64,000 nucleotides of DNA from Felis catus (lineage: Eukaryota), in contig NC_058368.1 in the NCBI RefSeq assembly GCF_018350175.1, forward strand, positions 90,026,001 through 90,090,000, in the 5' to 3' direction. Position 1 is the first letter of the stretch, and the number at the start of each line of letters is the position of its first letter. The translations under genes and the position numbers were made by a program. Below are positions 55,000-64,000 of this stretch, in pieces. The notes beneath the pieces are model-generated. The model searched no databases, was not told the origin of the DNA, and saw nothing but the letters and a program-made list of their open reading frames with translations.

Positions 55000-56618
55000 T
55001 GTGTGTACCTTTTTTGTGTGTGTCCATTTCTGTTTTGAGTTTTCAAGTTTATATGTAAGGTATTTTGTCACGTCTCAGACACTTTCGTAAGGCTATTCAA
55101 GTCAGGATTCTGTGTTACATTATTCCCATGTAAATTAGTTTGTGGGGAGAATGATTGTCAGCCCCTTATATTGCTTTTGTATAGATACTGTTTGTTACCC
55201 TCTGTTAACTTAGAAGTGTCTTGGAGAGCCTGGGTGGCTTAGTTGGTTAAGTGTCTGATGAATGATTTTGGCTTAGGTCACAATCCCATGGTTTGAGGAA
55301 TTGAGCCCTGTGTCAGGCTCCAGGCTGCCAGCATGGAGCCTGCTTAAGATTCTCACTCTCCCTCTCTGCCTCTCCCCCCACCCCAAAATAAATAAATAAA
55401 CTTAAAAAAGAAAAAGAAATGTTTTTATGTTTGCAGGTAGTGGGAATAATAGACCAATCATAGGCTAGCCTTGGGGATTTGGGTAACATCAGATTTCTTA
55501 GTTCAGGAGTGCCCTCTTCTGTTGGTTTAAGGACTCCTTTACTTGGAGTCTTATCCGGTATGGGATGGTTTGGTGTCTGCCAAATTTACCATTCACTTTT
55601 GCTTCTATAGGCCTTTGATTTCCCCATACTACATTTTTTTTACCCTATCCATTTACCCCCAACCCTCTAAAGGCCTCCACCTCTGAGCCACATCCTCTAG
55701 AAGCAGGACCTTTCCAAGACAGCCAACCCTGGTCCTGTACACTTTCTGTCCCTTTTGAATCCCCCCAGAATCCAGTGCTGCCTCTCACCTGGTCTCACAT
55801 CTGCTCTCAGAACTGCCCCACTCTAGTGGGACTTTCTCCTTCTGGTGTCATTTTGTCTAAATTCTTGTTCCCAGTTCCCTGCTCCTCTTTCCCACCTGGT
55901 CTCTGCCTGACCTGCCATGCCAGCGGTTCTCTGGAGCGGTCTCTGCAGGTGGGGTCTCTCGCCTCGCTCACACCAACTACAGGCGGGCAGCAGCCTGTCT
56001 CCTGGTCACGCTCTAGGCCCCAGTGTGGGTGGTTTTATTTGTGCTCTTGGTCAATCTGTATGGAGAAGTTTGCCTTTAGGTGGCTGTCATTATCTACAGG
56101 GACTTGGAGATGTCCCCAAGCTTTTTACTCAGAAAACTTCGCATGGAATGGTGTACACCCCACTTCAATCCATTCCTCATTAACATCTGGCAGTGTGTGT
56201 TTTATCTCAGCCCTCATAACTTTAGCTGAACCATTTAAGTGTAAGTGTATCAGTATCTCCTTAGGACAAGGACGTTCTACAAAACCTGAGGTCGGGTGTC
56301 ACACCCAGGAAACATTAACACAAAAACATTTCTCTTATACAGTCCATATTCAACTTTTCCCAGTGGCCCCAGTAATGTCCTTTTGGGCCTTATTTTTACA
56401 TCTGGGATCCAATCAATGATCAAGCGTTGCACTTGTTTGTCATGTTTATTAAAGTCTTTTAATCTACCACAGTCCTTCCATATTGTTTGTCTGTCTTTCC
56501 TGGTGTCGTGAAGGCTCCACATCAGTTTTCTCCCATAATCTGGATTTGTTGGACTCTTTCCTCAAAACTCGATTCAGGCAAAGTGTTTTGGGTTGAAGTG
56601 GTTTTAAAATTACAGACA

Positions 56619-57125
56619 GGGCGGCGCGTGGGTGGCTCAGCCAGTTAAGTGTCAGACTCTTGATCTCAGTTCAGGTCATGATCTGGTAGTTGTGACATCA
56701 AGCCCCACATTGGGCTCTGCACTGACAGAATGAAGCCTGCATGGGATTCTCTGTTGCCCTGTCCCCTTACCCTTACCCCACTCATGCTCTCTCTCTTTCT
56801 CTCTCAAAATAAGTAAATAAACATGTATAAAAAATAAAATAAAATAAAATAAAATAAAATAAAATAAAATAAAATAAAATAAAATAAAATAAAATAACAT
56901 AAGGGCGCCTGGGTGACTCTGTTGGTTAAGCGTTAAACTTCAGTTCAGGTCATGATCTCACAGTTGGTGGGTTCGAGCCCCTGTCAGACTCTGTGCTGAC
57001 AGGTCAGAGCCTGGAGCCTGCTTTGGATTCTGTCTCCCTCACTGTCTCTGCCCCTCCCCCGCTAGGCTCTGTCTCTCTTTCTCTCAAAAATAAATAAATA
57101 TTTTTTAAAAATTTTTAAATAAATA
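56619..57125 (+). mobile_element. Two tandem CAN-SINEs separated by an (AAAAT)n microsatellite (56831-56895)
   Basis: two heads at 56619 and 56902; outer TSD ttacagac. Confidence 0.9.
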
Positions 57126-57794
57126 AAGTTACAGACCTAGGAAGTGGACCTAGGAAGAGAAGTCCACCCCGTATTCTGCCGGCCCATCCTGTACCCTCCT
57201 GGGAGCTGGACAGGGGCCAGCAGCAGCGTGGGGAGGGGCTGTTGGGAGAAGAGGCCAGGGCCTTGGGGCTGCAGGCTTTACTGGGGTGTCCTGTGGTACT
57301 CTTGGGCTCCGGTCTCAATTTCCCTTCCCACCCTCCTGTCTTTCTTCCTGGTCCCCTTCCTGTCACTATGCCCTCCCAGCAGGCTGCCTGGCCTATGCAC
57401 CAGGCTCTACCTTAGTGGGTTCCTTCTTTCGGGAAAGGTGCTCACCATTTCATGCAGACCCCACAAAGATTCCTCCAGGAACCAGAGGTAGCAGAAGATG
57501 CCCACATCACCAAGGCCAGACTTTGAACCCCTTGCTTCCTCGCTGGGGGACTGCTCTTACACTCCCAGGATCACCCTGCGTTCCAGACACAAAATGGGGC
57601 TCATAATGGCAGTGTCTGGTGCAGAGAAGGCCTCCACTCTGTTCATTTCCTTCCCTTCCTGGAGACCCAGCATGTGTGCATCACTTTCAGTAATAATAGC
57701 AAGAGTGGGGCCTGGCGCTCCCTTGCCCAACAGAGCTCTGTGGGCTCCAAAAGGAGCCTTCTCATGCATGTCATGTCTATCTCCATTGCTTCCT

Positions 57795-58935
57795 CTTTTT
57801 TTAAGTTTATTTATTTATTTTGAGAGAGAGAAAGAGGTGCAAACTTGGGAGGAGCAGACAGAGAGAAGCAGAGAGAGAGAGAACCCCACGCAGGTTCTGT
57901 CAGCACAGAGCCCAACACAGGGCTTAAACTCACAAACAGAGAGATTATGAGTGGAGATGAAACCAAGAGTCAGACACTTAACTGACTGAGCCACCCAGAT
58001 GCCGCTGTCTCCATGACTTCCGGAAGGCCTTACTACCCAGTCCACTGCCACCCAGCCATCAAGGATGCCCCAAACCCAAGCCACATAAACTCAGCCAGGG
58101 AGAGTCTTATGGACTAATCTGTGAAAGGCCCATGCCTGGGGGTGGAAGGAGTGCTCAGTTTTATTATTTTTGGAGAAAGCTAACACAGGCTCCAATATTG
58201 CCAGTTAACAGCCTTTCCATCCTGCACCAGGATCATCCTAATTGGTGAATTCCTGCTTTACACGAAACAGATCTCACCAAGAGTGAGAAGGAGCGCAGCC
58301 TCTTGAAACCAGCAAAACACTGCCCCCTGCAGAGTAAAGATTTCCTTGACTTATTTCGTCAGTATATTGTTCATTTTTAAGTTTATTTATTTTGAGAGAA
58401 CCAGTGCAAGTGGAGAAGGAGCAGAGAGAGAGAGGGAGAGAGAATCCGAGCTCCGAGCTGTCAGTACAGAGCCCGATGCAGGGCTCAAAGCCACAACTGC
58501 AAGATCATGACCTGAGCCAAAATCAAGAGTCCGATGCTCAACCAAATGAGCCACCCGGGAACCCCGGTTCTCTCATTTCGTGAAGCAGACAGAGGTTGCT
58601 GTGACAAGTGCCTGAGGCCACAGGTACACAGTGGCCCTGTGTGGGTGCTCCGAGCATCAGAGAGAAGTGATCCTTTCATTATTATTATTTAGCCAAACTC
58701 TGTTGCTTTTGGATGCTGTTTGGATTTAAAAACAAACAAATGAACGGGACACCTGGGTGGCTCAGTCAGTTAGGTGACTCTTGATTTCAGCTCAGATCAT
58801 GATCTTTCAGTTTCCTGAGTTTGAGCCCCACGTCGGGCTCTGCACTGGCAGCACAGAGCTTGCTTGGGATTCTCTCCCCTTCTGTGCCCCTCCCCACCGC
58901 TCTCTCAAAATAAATAAAGTTAAAAAATAAAAAAT
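57795..58935. mobile_element. Three CAN-SINEs (57795-58003 minus, 58373-58566 minus, 58746-58935 plus)
   Basis: typical heads and tails. Confidence 0.85.
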
Positions 58936-59597
58936 ATGAGAAAACAGAGGTTCAGGGACATAAGGGAACCTCACAGGGTCATCCAGACCATGCGAGCCTT
59001 AGAACTTGGTCTGTGTGTTTATTTCTGAGATGTTTGCATTCAGGGCTGTTCACATTCAGATGTTTACATTTAGGTGGTGTGACCTGCCTGCTCCTTCTGT
59101 CTTCATGGGGCCTCCACTCTGCTCAGCCACCCATCTGTCCATCCATCTGACCACTGGACAGACATGTGCTAAGCAGCCAGGAGTGCCTGTCTGAGTGCTT
59201 ACTATCTATCAGGCAGTGTGTGCCACGTTGTTTTTTAAACATTACCTCACAAGAAAGGAAATAAATAAAATAGAAAGCAAAAGAGAAAAAACCCTTTGAA
59301 AAGATTAATAAAATTGATCAAGTCTTAGCAAGACTGCCTAGAAGAACACACAAGTTACCCAAATCCCACAGACGTTAGAAGGATAACAGATTTTTATGAG
59401 GAACTTTATACCAGTACATTTGATAAAAGGGACAAATGCCTTAAAAGACGTAACTTCCCAAAACTGACACAAGGAGAAATAGAAAATCTATTTCTGTTAA
59501 AGGAATTTAATTTATAATTTTTTTAATGTTTATTTATTTAATGTTTAGAGAGTGGGGGGAGAAGGAGAGAGAGAATCCCAAGCAGGCTCCCATTCAG

Positions 59598-61575
59598 TAT
59601 GTTTGCCTTTTAGTTTGTTGATTGTTTTCTTTGCTGTGCAGAAGCTTTTTATTTTGATGTAGTCCCAAGAGTTTGTTTTTGCTTTCGTTTCCCTTACCTC
59701 AGGAGACATATCTAGTTAGAAGGTTCTACAACTGATGTCAGAGAAGTCACTGCCTGTGTTCTCTTCTACAGTTTTTATGGTTTTAGGTCTCAAATTTAGA
59801 TCTTTAATCCATTTGAGTTTATTTTTGTGTATGGCGTAAGAAAGTGGCCCACTTTCTTTTGCATGTATCTGCTCAGTTTTCTCAACACCATTTGTTGAAG
59901 AGACTGTCTTTTTCCCATTGCATATTCTTTCCTCCTTTGTCAAAAATTAATTGACCATATAATTGTGGGGTTATCTCTGGGCTTTCTATTCTGTTCCATT
60001 AACCTATGTGTCTGTTTTTGTGTCAGTACCATACTGTTTTGATTGCTACAGCTTTGTAATATAACTTGAAGTCTGGGATTGTGATACCTCCCATTTTGTT
60101 TTTCTTTTTCAAGATTACATTGGCTATTCAGGGTCTTTTCTGGTTCCATACAAATTTTAGTATTGTTTGTTCTAGCTCTGTGAAAAAGGTTGGTGGTATT
60201 TTGATAGGGATGGCTTTAAATGTGTAGATTGCTTCAGGTAGTATAGACATTTTAACAATATTTGTTCTTCCAATCATGAGCATGGAATGTCTTTCCATTT
60301 CTTTTTGTCTTCTTCAATTTCTTTTATCAGTGCTGTATAGTTTTCAGAGTACAGATCTTTCTTCTCTTCGGTTAAGTTTATTCCTAGGTATCTTATTATT
60401 TTTTGTGCAATTATAAATGGGATTATTTTATTGACTTCTCTTACTGCTGCTTCATTATTAGTGTATATAAATGCAATGGGTTTCTGTGCATTGATTTTAT
60501 GGTGCAAACTTGCTAAGTTCATTTATCAGTTTTAGTAGTTTTTTGGTGGAGTCTTTAGGCTTTTCTATTTAGGGTATCATGTCATCTGCAAATAGGGACA
60601 GTTTTACTTCTTCCTTACCAGTTTGAATGCTTTTTATTTCTTTTTGTTGTCTGATTGCTGTGGAGGGGACTTCCAGTACTATGTAGAATAAAAGTGGTGA
60701 GTGGACAGCCTTGTCTTGTTCCTGCCTTCAGGGGGAAAGCTCTCAGGTTTTCACCACTGAGGATATGTTAGCGGTGGGATACCACATTGTCTTTATCCAT
60801 TCATCCATCAGTGGGCACTTAGTTTGTTTCCATATCTCGGCTATTGTAAATAATGATACAATAAACATGGGGGCGCAGATATCTTTTCAAGTTAGTGCTT
60901 TTGTTTCTTTTGGGTAAATACCCACTAGTGTAATTACTGGATCATAAGGTGGTTCTATTTTTAATTTTGTGAGGAACCTCCATCCTGTTTTCCAGAGTGC
61001 CTCCACCAGTTTGCATTCCTACCAACAGTCACACAAGGGCTCCCTTTTCTCCGCATCCTCACCAACACTTGTCATTTCTTGTCTTTTTGATACTAGTCAT
61101 TCTGACAGGTGTGAGCTGCTATCTCACTGTACTTTTTTTTTAATTTTTTTAATGTTTATTTATTTTTGACAGAGAGAGAGACAGAGTGCGAGGAAGGGAG
61201 GGGCAGAGAGAGAGGGAGACACAGAATCTGAAGCAGGCTCAAGGCTCTGAGCTGTCAGCACAGAGCCTGACGTGGGGCTCAAATCCACAAACATGAGATT
61301 ATAACCTGAGCCGAAGTCAGATGCTTAACCAACTGAGCCACCCAGGCACCCCAATCTCATTGTACTTTTGATTTGCATTTCCCTGATGATGGGTGACGTT
61401 GAGCATCTTTTCGTGTGCCTGTTAGCCATCTGTCTTCTTTGCAAAAATATCTATTCAGATCCTCAACCCAAATTATAAAGTTAAAATGTAAGTGATCATT
61501 AACCATTAATTAATCATAATTAATCCATTCTAATTGTATTGTTTGGGTGCTTTTTGCTATTGAGTTATATGAGTT
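59598..61575 (-). mobile_element. L1 ORF2 fragments (RT to C-terminal region) with an inserted SINE
   Basis: [41 protein letters not shown] and KWIKDLNLRPKTIK in minus-strand ORFs. Confidence 0.92.
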
Positions 61576-61619
61576 AGATAAAATATTCTTAATGAATTTT
61601 TTAAAAATTGCGGATAGTT

Positions 61620-61831
61620 GGGGCACCTGGGTGGCAGTCGGTTAAGCGTCCGACTTCAGCCAGGTCACGATCTCGCGGTCCGTGAGTTCGAGCCCCGCGT
61701 CAGGCTCTGGGCTGATGGCTCAGAGCCTGGAGCCTGTTTCCGATTCTGTGTCTCCCTCTCTCTCTGCCCCTCCCCCGTTCATGCTCTGTCTCTCTGTCCC
61801 AAAAAAAATAAATAAACCTTAAAAAAAAAAA
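61620..61831 (+). mobile_element. Young CAN-SINE
   Basis: CpG-rich, perfect TSD aaaaattgcggatagt. Confidence 0.95.
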
Positions 61832-62022
61832 TTGCGGATAGTGGGAATGATGGAAGTGGGGTGGGTAGGGAGGATGGCCCAGGTGGACGAAATGGAGGGA
61901 TTGATCATGTTTCCCTGCCTGATTGGGTGGAGGGCCTCTAGGCATCTAACTTGTTATCATGCTTCATAACATATATGTTACAGGTAATCTTTTTACATAG
62001 CAACCATTACATAATAAAATCA

Positions 62023-62891
62023 CTTTTTTTTTTTAGTTTATTTCGAGAGAGACAGAGAGCATGAGTGGGGGAGGGGCAAAGAGACCCAGAATCCCAAGGA
62101 GGCTCCGCACCATCAGCATGGAGCCCGACTAGGGGCTTGAACTCATGAACCATGAGTTGATGACCTGAGCCAAAACTAAGAGTCGGACACCTAACCAACT
62201 GAGCCACTTAGGCGCCCACGTAACAAAATCACTTTCAGTGAATGCAAAATATTAAAAGGAGTTCTCATATTTTCTTCCCATACTCCTCATGTTGGTCTGT
62301 GCTATGGGGCACCCTTTGCCCTTGGCAGACCACTAAGTTCATCCAACCACGAGGTCACCAGCCCCCACATGCCCCTGCCCCTCTGCAGCAGGCCCAGGGC
62401 ATCCCTGAGCTCACACCCCAGTGAAGGAGGGCTGCAGGTGGGGACAACTCAAGGGAGGCTCCCTGGGGGAGCCATGCCCTGGCTGCTCTGGAGGGGGTCA
62501 ACCAGGAGCCCAGGCAGAATGTTGGTGGTCAGGTAGGAGGGGAGGAAGGAGCAAGGGTCCAGGCCCCCAGTATCAGAGACTCGGGCAGTATGGCTGTGTG
62601 CAGCTTGAGGACAGACACTGGACCACTGTCGCTACCTGCATGCACACAGGCTGGCGGTGCGGCATGGGGTGTATGGGAGGGTTCTGGGCCTTCTTACCTT
62701 CTTTTTGTTTTAGTGTGTATTTATTTTGGAGAGAGAGAGAACGTGAGCTGGGGAAGTACAGGGGTGGGGACTGGACAGGAGATCTGAAGCAGGCTCTGCA
62801 CAGAACCCAACCTGGGGCTCAAACTCACAAACTGTGAGATCATGACCTGAGCTGAAGTCAGATGCTCAACCAACAGAGCCACCCAGGCACT
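62023..62891 (-). mobile_element. Two CAN-SINEs (62023-62218, 62700-62891)
   Basis: TSDs aaaatcacttt and tgggccttcttaccttctt. Confidence 0.88.
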
Positions 62892-63789
62892 CCTGGGCCT
62901 TCTTACCTTCTTAAGCCATTTCCTGGCTTCCTTGTCAACCCTCAGCATACACAAACACAACAGAAGCAGGCAGAGGAGCCAGGAGAAAGGGGCTGGGGCT
63001 CTGGACTGGGTCACACACCCAGATCCACCCCGGGAAGGTGACGGTGGGGGGGCGGGGGGAGGGGCGGGGAGTGGCTGGCTCTGATCCTCAGAGGTTAATA
63101 GTGCATCAAAGGCCCGCACTATTGTGACATATCCCCAGAGAAATGAACTCCCTAGTCCTTTCGAGTTTAATGGTGGTGCCCTTCAGTCACCCAGGGGCAC
63201 TGTGTCCTGACCACACCAGGGGCTTTCCCGGCTCAGCAGTTCTGATACCAGGGCTGTTCTGACAAGCCCCTTCAGAATCAAACATTGCACACTTGGTGGT
63301 TTGTGTGAATGTGTGCAAGGGGATTGTGGAAAGTGTTAAAGACACTGAGGTGACAGAGTGTGTGACAGCTGCTCTGGGAGTGAATTGCAGGCCCCCGGTG
63401 GCCTGCGGATTGAAAACAGATGTTTCTGCATGAACGCAGCCAAATTGTATTAGCACTTTGGATGATGAAAAGGGCTTTAAGTGTCTGCATGTTGCAGTTC
63501 TGAAATGTTTGCTGGGGAAAATGTCCTTATATTTTGCAAACAGCGAGTGTAAAGGGGGTGGGGGACAAATTAGGTTATTGGCTGTAACCAATTTCAGGAG
63601 CAGAGTTGTTGACAGATGCACATTGCGTGTAATAAACTGATCAGCAGTGTTGCCACTCACCTTAATGAGGAAGCCTGTGTCCCTGCTGCCGTCTTCATCC
63701 CTGGCTCAGTCAGGGAGGGCAGCCCAAGGTCACACAGCACCCATGTCTCATGGGACTTTCAGGGAGAAAGTCACAGGCTTGCCTCTCTT

Positions 63790-64000
63790 TTCTTTTCTTT
63801 CTTTTTAAAAAATTTTTTAAAATGTTTTTTATTTATTTTTGAGAGAGAGAGAGAGTACTAGTAAGGGAGGGGCAGAGAGAGAGGGAGACACAGAATCCAA
63901 AGCAGGCTCCAGGCTCCAAGCTGTGCAGAGCCTGATGCGGGGCTTGAACCCACAAACCATGAAATCATGACCCAAGCCAAAGTCCGATGCTCAACTGACT
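63790..64000 (-). mobile_element. CAN-SINE running off the window end
   Basis: T tail, (GA)n, typical body. Confidence 0.9.

Noticed and set aside
54372..56419. 228-aa and 214-aa plus-strand ORFs
   Set aside because: Built from antisense old L1-like and SINE sequence; no domain motifs or exon structure

Overview
Eukaryotic DNA from a carnivore, most likely a felid (dense tRNA-derived CAN-SINEs of SINEC_Fc type). The first ~34 kb carry most of MAPK9 (JNK2) on the + strand, from about residue 41 to the 3' UTR; the first coding exon lies upstream of the window. I traced 10 exon segments with splice sites. These include two mutually exclusive 72-nt exons that both end in minor-spliceosome (U12) GTATCCTT donors, and tandem acceptors 5 nt apart that give the p46 and p54 C-termini. 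A CpG island at ~47.1-48.0 kb is probably the promoter/non-coding first exon of the next gene (RASGEF1C by recalled synteny, not provable here). The rest is intronic or intergenic: a 1.7-kb structured minisatellite, an ERV-L pol remnant, MaLR LTRs, L1/L2/MIR fragments, a U6 retrocopy abutting a SINE, and nested or inverted SINEs. I found no evidence for a wholly new biological system. The best leads are the U12/U2 exon switch with a read-through truncated isoform, apparent lineage-specific JNK2 substitutions (one changes both reading frames), the minisatellite and the U6-SINE composite. Comparisons with human JNK2, U6 and repeat consensi are from memory and need alignment.
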